Shown: piece after piece, positions 24,387 through 31,244 of the stretch
Numbering within the stretch: position 1 is the first letter of the stretch
Layout of the letters: each line of letters begins with the position of its first letter
Position numbers and translations under genes: made by a program
Assembly: GCA_964465315.1 (NCBI GenBank)
Contig: CAYXIK010000007.1
Coordinates: 18,840 to 82,839, forward strand
Direction of reading: 5' to 3'
DNA from: an uncultured Gemmatimonadaceae bacterium
GTDB taxonomy: Bacteria; Gemmatimonadota; Gemmatimonadetes; Gemmatimonadales; GWC2-71-9
Length of the DNA stretch: 64,000 bases
The notes under the pieces: generated by a model
What the model was told of the DNA's origin: nothing
Database searches by the model: none
Seen by the model: only the letters and a program-made list of their open reading frames with translations

Positions 24387-24929
24387 TCACTTCGTCGGCT
24401 CCACGCGCAGGCTGTCGTTGAAGCGATTGAAGTATTCGGTCATCCCGATGACCAGCGTGATCTCGACGATCTGCCCGTCGTCCCAGGCCGACCGGAGCCG
24501 ACCGTACAGCTCGTCCGTGACGTCGTGTCCCGACCGATGCATAACCTCCGCATACTCGAGCGCCGCCCGCCACCCGGGCTCGAGGGCCCCGATCGCTTGT
24601 CGTTTCCCGCGATCTTGGATCGCCTCGAGCAAGTCGGCGCTCGCACCCTTCTGTCCTGCCAGGACAGTGTGGGAATTGAGTCAGTAGCGGCACCTATTCA
24701 GGTGCGAGATCCGCACCCAGAGCAGCTCTTTGAGGAGCGGCGGCACCGTTCCCTCGTTCATCACCGTGCGGAAGTGCGCGATCAGGGTCCGCAGGTGCGG
24801 CGGGCGGAGCGCCACGGTGCGGAACATGTTCGGGATGTTCCCCCGCTCCTTGAGATACGTCTCGAAGATGGGTCGCACCGCTGGCGCCGCTTGCTCGGGC
24901 GTCAGTGGCGCGATGCGTGGCTTGGTCAT
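24387..24929 (-). CDS. AhpD-like/carboxymuconolactone decarboxylase (CMD) family protein with an in-frame TGA at 24681-24683. Candidate selenoprotein (C-x-x-U); alternatively a Cys-to-stop pseudogene.
   Basis: Track ORFs 24681..24929 and 24387..24632 are in the same frame. They are separated only by the TGA plus 16 sense codons. Read-through gives 180 aa: ...LLWVRISHLNRCRY-[TGA]-LNSHTVLAGQKGASADLLEAIQD... The TGA sits at the second Cys of the family motif C-x-x-C-x-x-x-H. Confidence 0.65.
24651..24667 (-). promoter_or_regulatory. hairpin 13 nt downstream of the in-frame UGA (SECIS-like candidate)
   Basis: The RNA reads UGA-CUCAAUUCCCACA-CUGUCCU-GGC-AGGACAG. This is a 7-bp stem with a G-containing apical loop, which can be widened to a 6-bp stem with loop UGGCA. 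Confidence 0.4.
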
Positions 24930-25801
24930 GTCGCCTCACCTCTCCGCTTGCCCCAGCCGATCTTGAAGACCTGCACCGCGGCCCGATAGCCGAGGTAGCG
25001 TACCATGGCGTAGACGCCGAGCACGGTGAGGAGCACCGCGGTATAGAACCGCCAGAGCAGCAGCATCGTGACTTGGCGCGATCCGAAATCGCCGGCGAAC
25101 CCGTTCAAGAACACCACCTCGAGCCCTCCGCCTCCTGAGGGAAGCGGCACGATGAGGGGCGCGTGGAGCAGCGCGAGTGCACCGAAGAACATTTGCCCGA
25201 ACGGCGGAGCGTGTGGCAGGCCCCAGGCGAGCGCCGGGAGGATGAGCGCCCGTGCGATCACACTGACCATGGTGAGCGCCGCCCCCGCGGCGAGCGCCCA
25301 CCGCGGAGCGCGGCGTACGTGCGCCCAAGCCACCCGCCACTGGCGGCGGACGCGATGGCGCACGAACCCCGCGCGGGCCAACCGTTGGAGCAGGTATACG
25401 ACGATCAGCACGAGCAGTGCGACGACCTCGACACTCACCAGCTCTCCCGCGCGATGGCGGTGGAGCCAGGCGGCCGCGGCATCCCGCCAATCGGGCACGT
25501 AGTAGACGAAGAGCGCCGCTGCGGCGATCAAGAAGACGGGCCATTCGGATGCCACCTCCACGCCGATCGCCACGATGGCCGTCACCGGTCGCAGCCCCGC
25601 CTCGGTGAGGCCCAGGAAGCGCGCCGGCTCACCCCCCAGACGGTTGGGAGTCAGCTGTGATGCAGCTTCGCCGTAAAGATTGAGCCGAAACGCGTCGTCG
25701 AAGGAAAGCCGGCCTCCCGCGGTCCACACGGCGAGCTGGATCCGCCAGGCGCGGACCACGCAGTCGATGGCAAGCAGCACCAGGGAGAAGAGGTGGCCCA
25801 C
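24926..25801 (-). CDS. polytopic membrane protein, lysylphosphatidylglycerol-synthase-TM/UPF0104 (flippase-like) family, tentative
   Basis: 291 aa with multiple transmembrane segments. Contains AFRLNLYGEAASQLTPNRLGGEPARF, typical of the family. Confidence 0.55.
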   Translation of the reverse strand: MGHLFSLVLLAIDCVVRAWRIQLAVWTAGGRLSFDDAFRLNLYGEAASQLTPNRLGGEPARFLGLTEAGLRPVTAIVAIGVEVASEWPVFLIAAAALFVYYVPDWRDAAAAWLHRHRAGELVSVEVVALLVLIVVYLLQRLARAGFVRHRVRRQWRVAWAHVRRAPRWALAAGAALTMVSVIARALILPALAWGLPHAPPFGQMFFGALALLHAPLIVPLPSGGGGLEVVFLNGFAGDFGSRQVTMLLLWRFYTAVLLTVLGVYAMVRYLGYRAAVQVFKIGWGKRRGEAT

Positions 25802-25807
25802 GCCGGA

Positions 25808-25996
25808 TCAGTCGGAGCAGTCACCCAAGGGGTAAATGAAGCCGCAGTTCGGGCAGGGGTTCTTGCAGCCCCACAGCCGCGGCAGCACCTCGGCGCCGCA
25901 CCGTAAGCACGTCGCCCGTGGCCTAGCCGAGCCGGTAGGCGCCGGTGAGGAAGGGATTGGTGTGGCGCTCTCGGCCCACCGTGGTTTCGGGTCCAT
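25808..25996 (-). CDS. small four-Cys zinc-ribbon-like ORF (hypothetical)
   Basis: 62 aa, ending CLRCGAEV...CKNPCPNCGFIYPLGDCSD. Its first 74 nt overlap the 3' end of the MBL gene. No alternative start exists after the MBL stop. Confidence 0.3.
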   Translation of the reverse strand: MDPKPRWAESATPIPSSPAPTGSARPRATCLRCGAEVLPRLWGCKNPCPNCGFIYPLGDCSD

Positions 25997-26561
25997 GACC
26001 GCTGTACACGATGGTCGAATCGGGGAGCGTAAGCAACTCGCGCTCGATGCTCCGGATCAGCGTCTCCAGGTCGCCCCCGGGCAGGTCTGTGCGACCGATC
26101 GAACCCTGGAACAGGACGTCGCCAGTAAACACGACGCCCTGGCCCTCGAACACGACACTTCCGGGCGAATGTCCCGGCGCGTGGCGCACCCGAAACTCGA
26201 GGTTCCCGACCGAGAGGACATCTCCGTGCTCCAGGGCGCGGTCGGGTTCGGGCAACGCCTCAGCGCGCAGGCCGAACGCAAAGGCTTGCTCGAGAACGTG
26301 ATCGTAGAGGACGCGATCGGCGGGATGCACGCACACGGGAGCCCGCGTGTCCGCCTTGAGACGGGGAACGCCGAGCACATGATCGATGTGCGCGTGCGTC
26401 AGCCAGATTCCGACGGGCTGGACGCCAGCGGCCGCGAGCTTGTGCGCGATCAAGCCGGCTTCCTCACCCGGGTCGATGATCGCACAGGCGCCGCTCGGCT
26501 CGTCGATCACAAAGTAACAGTTCTCCGCGAACTGCCCATTCGGGATCTGCACCACGCGCAT
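25923..26561 (-). CDS. MBL-fold metallo-hydrolase (glyoxalase II-like)
   Basis: 212 aa with THAHIDHVLG (the HxHxDH motif). Also contains HAPGHSPGS and the GD...GR motif. Confidence 0.85.
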   Translation of the reverse strand: MRVVQIPNGQFAENCYFVIDEPSGACAIIDPGEEAGLIAHKLAAAGVQPVGIWLTHAHIDHVLGVPRLKADTRAPVCVHPADRVLYDHVLEQAFAFGLRAEALPEPDRALEHGDVLSVGNLEFRVRHAPGHSPGSVVFEGQGVVFTGDVLFQGSIGRTDLPGGDLETLIRSIERELLTLPDSTIVYSGHGPETTVGRERHTNPFLTGAYRLG

Positions 26562-26574
26562 GGTGGCGAGCCGC

Positions 26575-27552
26575 CTAGTCCGTTTGCCGCATGGCGGTGA
26601 GGTACTTCTCCACCGCGATCGCCGCGGTGGTCGCGTCGCCGACGGCGGTGGTGATCTGGCGGGTGAGCTGGCTGCGCACGTCGCCCGCCGCGAACAAGCC
26701 GGGGATCGAGGTCATCATGCGGTCGTCAGTCACGAAATAGCCATTCGCGTCGTGCTTCGCATGGCCCTCGACGAGACCGGAGTTAGGCTGGAAGCCGATG
26801 AAGATGAAAACGCCCCCCACCGTTAGCGTCGAGTGTTCGCCCGACACCGTGTCCTCGAGGACGAGGCCGTCGGTGCCCTTCGCCGTCCCGGTGATTTCTA
26901 GCACCTTCTTGTTCCAGATGACCTCGATCTTAGGATTTGCAAAGGCCCGCTGCTGCAAAATCTTCGATGCGCGGAAACGATCGCGGCGGTGCACGATGTA
27001 GACCTTCGCGGCGTATCGCGTCAGGTAATCGGCCTCTTCCACGGCGGCGTCCCCGCCCCCGATGACGGCCAGAATCTCACCCTTGAAGAAAGCCCCATCG
27101 CACACGGCACAGTACGACACGCCCTTCCCCGCGTGCTCCTTCTCGCCCGGCACGCCGAGCTTCACCGGCGTGCCGCCAGCGGTGAGGATAACGGCCGGCG
27201 CGCGGTACATGTGCCCATGGGCGGTCGCGACATCGAACCAGCCGTCCGATGCCTGGCGGACCTTCTCCACCGTATCGGTGACGAGCTGGGCGCCGAACTT
27301 CTTCGCGTGCTCCGCCATTTTTTGCGCGAGCTCCCACCCCTTGATGCTCTCGAACCCGATGTAGTCTTCGATGAGATCGGTGTTCAAGAGCTCGCCACCG
27401 GGTGCACCCCGCTCGATCGTGAGCCCCTTGAGCATGCCCCGGCCTACGTACATCGCCGCGCAGAGGCCCGCCGGCCCTGCTCCAACGATGATCACATCGT
27501 AGCCGTTGGTCGCGCGATCAGTCATTCGCTCGCCATTCCAGTCGTGGGGCAT
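26575..27552 (-). CDS. trxB: thioredoxin-disulfide reductase
   Basis: Contains YDVIIVGAGPAGLCAAMY, the redox centre CAVCDG, and GGGDAAVEEA. An alternative start at 27525 (MTDRATNGYD) would remove the overlap with the DUF309 gene. Confidence 0.9.
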   Translation of the reverse strand: MPHDWNGERMTDRATNGYDVIIVGAGPAGLCAAMYVGRGMLKGLTIERGAPGGELLNTDLIEDYIGFESIKGWELAQKMAEHAKKFGAQLVTDTVEKVRQASDGWFDVATAHGHMYRAPAVILTAGGTPVKLGVPGEKEHAGKGVSYCAVCDGAFFKGEILAVIGGGDAAVEEADYLTRYAAKVYIVHRRDRFRASKILQQRAFANPKIEVIWNKKVLEITGTAKGTDGLVLEDTVSGEHSTLTVGGVFIFIGFQPNSGLVEGHAKHDANGYFVTDDRMMTSIPGLFAAGDVRSQLTRQITTAVGDATTAAIAVEKYLTAMRQTD

Positions 27553-27874
27553 CTTCCTGCCCCGCCAGAGCGCTCGCCAGGCGCGCGCGAAATGTCACGG
27601 TCTCGAATGCCACATCGGGGCGCTGCGGGCCCTCGAGCTTCTCCAACGCGCCAGCCCCGACGACCGCGACGCCGTGACGGTTCCCCCGCTCCCGATGCAG
27701 CAGCGCGGCCGCGCCCTGGATCAATCCCTGCCACACGCGAGCCGCGTCCTCGTCGCCGTCGCTAATAATAGAACGCCAGACGGTTTCCAGCGCTTCGTGG
27801 GCGAGCCAGTACTCACCGGAGTTGAACCAGGCGCGGGCGCTGGAGAGCGTTGCGTGGCGCTCGTCAGGGGTCAC
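27518..27874 (-). CDS. DUF309 domain protein
   Basis: GTG start at 27872-27874, overlapping the upstream stop (GTGA). Contains ARAWFNSGEYWLAHEALETVW...WQGLIQGAAALLHRERGN, the DUF309 signature. Confidence 0.6.
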   Translation of the reverse strand: MTPDERHATLSSARAWFNSGEYWLAHEALETVWRSIISDGDEDAARVWQGLIQGAAALLHRERGNRHGVAVVGAGALEKLEGPQRPDVAFETVTFRARLASALAGQEDAPRLEWRAND

Positions 27875-28650
27875 GCGGCCCCGATCCTCAGCAAGTTCAG
27901 CGCGCCATGGCAGGCACTGATGGTCCCCACCAGCACGGCGGTGGCCGCGCCACTCTCGCCCGCCTCTTGCACCAACGCATCGCCCTCGAGCACCGCGTCG
28001 ACCGCGAACGTGCCGACGCCGAAGACGTGATGACGGCACACGAACAGGGCCGGCCCGTGCACCGCCTCCCCTGCCCCGCGCAACTGAGCTGCCAGCGCGC
28101 GCACCGCGTCCCCCATCTCCCAGGTGCGCGTGCTGCCGATGGCCGGGCACACCGCGGGCTCGATGCAGTGGGTCGGACAGATCCAGTCGGCGAATGACAC
28201 GTAGCGCGTTCCGTCCGGAAGCGCGGCGGTCCGGTCATACGGCGTGTCCAACGTCCCCGGCACCTCCGCAACCTCGACCGACCGTCCCGGCCACCGCGCG
28301 CGCGCACGCGCGAGCACCCACTGAAACATGAGGTGCGGCATATGAGGTGATGGCACGATGTAATCGCGTGGGGCCGCCGCATCCGCGCCGCTCGCGCCGG
28401 CTCCGCCGAGAAACTCGTGAAAGAATTCGGTCCAGTCACGCGTGACGAACGCGCGGTCGGACGCCTCACCCAGCTCGACGCGCGCTCGGCAGGCGGCGTC
28501 GCGGTCGACGACGATGACCCGGCGATACCGGGCCTTGCGCCGGTCCCGCGCCTTCGCGAGCTGTCTGGCGTAAAACGTCCCGTAGCACCCACCCCCGACG
28601 ATGATCACGTCGCGCATCACGACGCCGTCGGACGGCCCGGTGTTAGACAT
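27871..28650 (-). CDS. uncharacterised Rossmann (FAD/NAD(P)-binding-like) protein with a Cys-rich CPTHCIEPAVCP motif
   Basis: 259 aa. The N-terminus VIIVGGGCYGTFYARQL is a dinucleotide-binding fingerprint. I recognised no family for the remainder. Confidence 0.5.
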   Translation of the reverse strand: MSNTGPSDGVVMRDVIIVGGGCYGTFYARQLAKARDRRKARYRRVIVVDRDAACRARVELGEASDRAFVTRDWTEFFHEFLGGAGASGADAAAPRDYIVPSPHMPHLMFQWVLARARARWPGRSVEVAEVPGTLDTPYDRTAALPDGTRYVSFADWICPTHCIEPAVCPAIGSTRTWEMGDAVRALAAQLRGAGEAVHGPALFVCRHHVFGVGTFAVDAVLEGDALVQEAGESGAATAVLVGTISACHGALNLLRIGAA

Positions 28651-29410
28651 CGCCCCCGGTGACAGGTAGGATCTCGCCGGTCACGGCTCGCGCTTCGTCG
28701 CTCGCGAGGTAGAGGACCGCCGCCACCAACTCGTCGAGCTCGACCCACCGGACCTTCGCGCCCGTCATCTGGGCGAGGTTGTCGCTCGTTTTCATGGTGC
28801 CGGGCGCGACCGCGTTGACCCGTATCCCGTCGTCGCGGAGCTCGCGCGCGAGCGCGCGCGTAAGGCCGGCCACCGCCGCCTTGGCGGCCGTGTAGATCGC
28901 CATCTGGTTCTGTGGCTTCAAGACGGCGACCGAAGCGAAGTTGACGATGGCCCCGCCTCCCCGCGCGCGCAGCGCCGGGATCGCCGCCTGGGACACGTAG
29001 AACGTGGTCTTTACGTTGATCGCCAGCTCGCGCTCGAGCCGGTCGGGGGTCAGATCGGTCGCGGGGCCGAAGCTCACGAGTCCGCCCGCGACGTTCACCA
29101 CCACATCCAACCCACCGTAGCGCTCGCCCGCGGCGGCCACTGCCCGACGAGCCACATCGGGGGTGGTGAGGTCACCCGCCACCGGATGGACCACGAAGCC
29201 CACGGACCCGAACTCCTTCGCCCGCTCCGCAAGCCCCCCTTCGTTCACGTCCGCGATCACGAGCCGCGCGCCCGCCCGCCCGAAGCCCTGGGCGACCGCA
29301 TGCCCGATCTGACCGACCCTGCCCACGCCGGTGACGAGGGCGACCTTGCCGCGGTAGTCAGGAGGCACGCGCGACGATCTCATCGACCGGTGGGGCGCCA
29401 CGGCGTGCAA
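28643..29410 (-). CDS. short-chain dehydrogenase/reductase (SDR)
   Basis: 255 aa. Contains KVALVTGVGRVGQIG, NVAGG and the catalytic YTAAKAAV motif. Confidence 0.85.
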   Translation of the reverse strand: MHAVAPHRSMRSSRVPPDYRGKVALVTGVGRVGQIGHAVAQGFGRAGARLVIADVNEGGLAERAKEFGSVGFVVHPVAGDLTTPDVARRAVAAAGERYGGLDVVVNVAGGLVSFGPATDLTPDRLERELAINVKTTFYVSQAAIPALRARGGGAIVNFASVAVLKPQNQMAIYTAAKAAVAGLTRALARELRDDGIRVNAVAPGTMKTSDNLAQMTGAKVRWVELDELVAAVLYLASDEARAVTGEILPVTGGDV

Positions 29411-29798
29411 AGGCGACCATGCCGTCTCGGTTCACGACGTAGACGGAGCGCTGGATGCCCCGGTCGTCGTCCTTCAAGGCATGGTACGCACGCGCGATCG
29501 TCCGGTCCGGGTCGGACAGCAGTGGGAAATTGAAGTGCAGCTTCCGTACGTAGCCGGCATGGCTGTCGATGCCGGCCGGGTTCACGCCGAAGGGCTGGAT
29601 GCCCGCTCGCTGGAACTTTGCCATCTCGTCGCGCACGGCGGAGAGTTGGCGGTTTCACCCAGGCGTGTTGTTGCCCGGATAGAACACCAGGGCGACGGCG
29701 GTGGTCTTCAAGAGGTCGGCAAGACGGTACATATTTCCGTCAGATGCTTGTGCGGCGAAGCCTGGCGCCTTGCTGCCGATCTCCAACAGATCGCTCAT
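29358..29798 (-). CDS. Bcp-type peroxiredoxin (AhpC/TSA family) with an in-frame TGA at 29655-29657 in place of the peroxidatic Cys. Candidate selenoprotein; alternatively a pseudogene.
   Basis: My own translation from the ATG at 29796-29798 gives MSDLLEIGSKAPGFAAQASDGNMYRLADLLKTTAVALVFYPGNNTPG-[TGA]-NRQLSAVRDEMAKFQRAGIQPFGVN...LLSDPDR... This aligns with the Bcp motif FYPKxxTPGCTxQ. The ATG overlaps the PHP gene stop (ATGA). The track shows only the 92-aa C-terminal ORF. Confidence 0.7.
29624..29644 (-). promoter_or_regulatory. hairpin starting 11 nt downstream of the peroxiredoxin UGA (SECIS-like candidate)
   Basis: The RNA reads UGA-AACCGCCAAC-UCUC-CGC-[CGUGC]-GCG-AC-GAGA. It has a 4-bp lower stem, a 2-nt bulge, a 3-bp upper stem and an apical loop containing GU. 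Confidence 0.35.
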
Positions 29799-30751
29799 GA
29801 CGGACCCTGACGATCCTGTGTGACGGGTTCACGCAACACCGCGGCGCGACGGTGCTCGAGCTGCTCGAGCCATGCCATCGGAATGTCTAGTCCGCCGAGC
29901 GCCGCGTGGGATTCTCCGAGCTCGGCGTCTCCGTGCCAATCGGAGCCGCCGCTGATGCTGAGAGAGAGACGGTCGGCGATCGCCGTGAGCCGACGCTCGA
30001 TGCCGGGCGAGTGGCTCGGGTGCCGGACCTCGAGACCGTCGAGACCCTGCGCCTGAAACTGTCGAATCTGGGCTTCGGTCCCGTGGTCCCCCAAGTGCGC
30101 GGCAACGGCGATCCCCCCGACTTCGTGGACCAGCGCTGTCACCTGCTGCAGCGTCGGCAGGGGCTTCTCGACGTAGGCGGGCCGGCCCCGACCCAGGTAG
30201 CGCACAAAGGCCTCGTTCATGTCGGCGCTCACGCCCTGCTCGATCAGCACTCGGGCTACGTGCGGACGGCCAAGAGCCCCGCCGTCCGCGGCGCGTTCGA
30301 CGTCCGCGAGCTCGATGTCGATGCCCAAGCGCTGCAGGTGTCCCACGATCTGCTCCGCGCGGCGCCGGCGCGCCGCCCGAGTGCCGGTCAGGAACTCCTC
30401 GAGGCGCGCCGACCCCGGCGGCAGGAAGTACCCCAGGAGATGCAGCTCACCCCAGGGTGCCCGCACGCTGAACTCAGACCCCGAAACAACGCGAACCCCG
30501 AGCGCCTCACCCGCGCGAGTGGCTTCGGGAACGCCGTCGGTCGTGTCGTGATCGGTGAGGGCGATGGCCGCGAGTCCGGCCGCTCGGGCCAGCCTGACTA
30601 CCTCGGCCGGCGGGTACTCGCCGTCCGAGGCGGTCGAATGGCAATGCAGATCAACGCGCGCCGTATTCTCCCTCCGGCGCTGTCCATGCCGGCTGTGACT
30701 CGTGGAACAACCGCACCACCGTTTGCTCGGGCATCTCCGCGAACGCGGCAT
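29795..30751 (-). CDS. PHP-domain metal-dependent phosphoesterase (start uncertain)
   Basis: Contains ARVDLHCHSTASDGEYPPAEVV...ALTDHDT... The conserved N-terminus begins near 30653, where there is no ATG, GTG or TTG. The nearest in-frame ATG is at 30751, inside the upstream gene. Confidence 0.7.
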   Translation of the reverse strand: MPRSRRCPSKRWCGCSTSHSRHGQRRRENTARVDLHCHSTASDGEYPPAEVVRLARAAGLAAIALTDHDTTDGVPEATRAGEALGVRVVSGSEFSVRAPWGELHLLGYFLPPGSARLEEFLTGTRAARRRRAEQIVGHLQRLGIDIELADVERAADGGALGRPHVARVLIEQGVSADMNEAFVRYLGRGRPAYVEKPLPTLQQVTALVHEVGGIAVAAHLGDHGTEAQIRQFQAQGLDGLEVRHPSHSPGIERRLTAIADRLSLSISGGSDWHGDAELGESHAALGGLDIPMAWLEQLEHRRAAVLREPVTQDRQGPS

Positions 30752-30920
30752 CCGGACTGCGGTTCCCGACCGGCGAGTAACGCGTGAAACGGCGCCGCCG
30801 TTCGGGCCCGGTACCCTGCTCGAACACCAGGCCGAACTCATCGCGCCCGTACACCGTCACGCGACCCGAGGGGAACACCCGCCACGGGGCCCCGTCCACG
30901 ACGATCGTCCGTCGCGCCAT
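30651..30920 (-). CDS. hypothetical protein (89 aa)
   Basis: Very high third-position GC in this frame, unlike the overlapping PHP-frame extension. I recognised no family. Confidence 0.5.
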   Translation of the reverse strand: MARRTIVVDGAPWRVFPSGRVTVYGRDEFGLVFEQGTGPERRRRFTRYSPVGNRSPDAAFAEMPEQTVVRLFHESQPAWTAPEGEYGAR

Positions 30921-30927
30921 GGTCTCT

Positions 30928-31242
30928 CTACGCCTCGCTGCCGGCCGCGAGCGACACTTCGGTCCACAGCTCCCACGCGTCGGGCGCGTAGGTGCCGAGG
31001 CTCTGCAACCGTCTCTCGAGCTTGATCTCTTCGGGCAGACGCGACGCCTGCGCCCGGTGCGACATCTCGGTCTGGCTCTCCGAGAATTCCGTGAACAGCT
31101 GGGGATCCTTGGCGTTGCGGAAGATCCAGATGCGCTGACCGCGCGCCTCGGCGAACTGACACAGCTCCCGGAGGGTGGCGAGGTAGTCGGCCTCGTTGGT
31201 GGGGGGCACCCGCACCCGTGCTGCCGTGAGCACCTTGGCCAT
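30928..31242 (-). CDS. hypothetical protein (104 aa)
   Basis: Begins MAKVLTAARVRVPPTNEADYLATLRELCQF. It follows the E2 gene after 2 nt. I recognised no family. Confidence 0.5.
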   Translation of the reverse strand: MAKVLTAARVRVPPTNEADYLATLRELCQFAEARGQRIWIFRNAKDPQLFTEFSESQTEMSHRAQASRLPEEIKLERRLQSLGTYAPDAWELWTEVSLAAGSEA

Positions 31243-31244
31243 GG

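Noticed and set aside
24681-29657. The in-frame TGAs might mean the organism uses a TGA-sense genetic code (table 4 or 25).
   Set aside because: Many well-supported genes in the window terminate at TGA at their expected family length. Examples are the ATGA and GTGA junctions at 678-681, 14843-14846, 19587-19590, 27871-27874, 39551-39554, 43398-43401 and 60566-60569. TGA is therefore normally a stop here. Only the two catalytic-Cys positions are exceptional.
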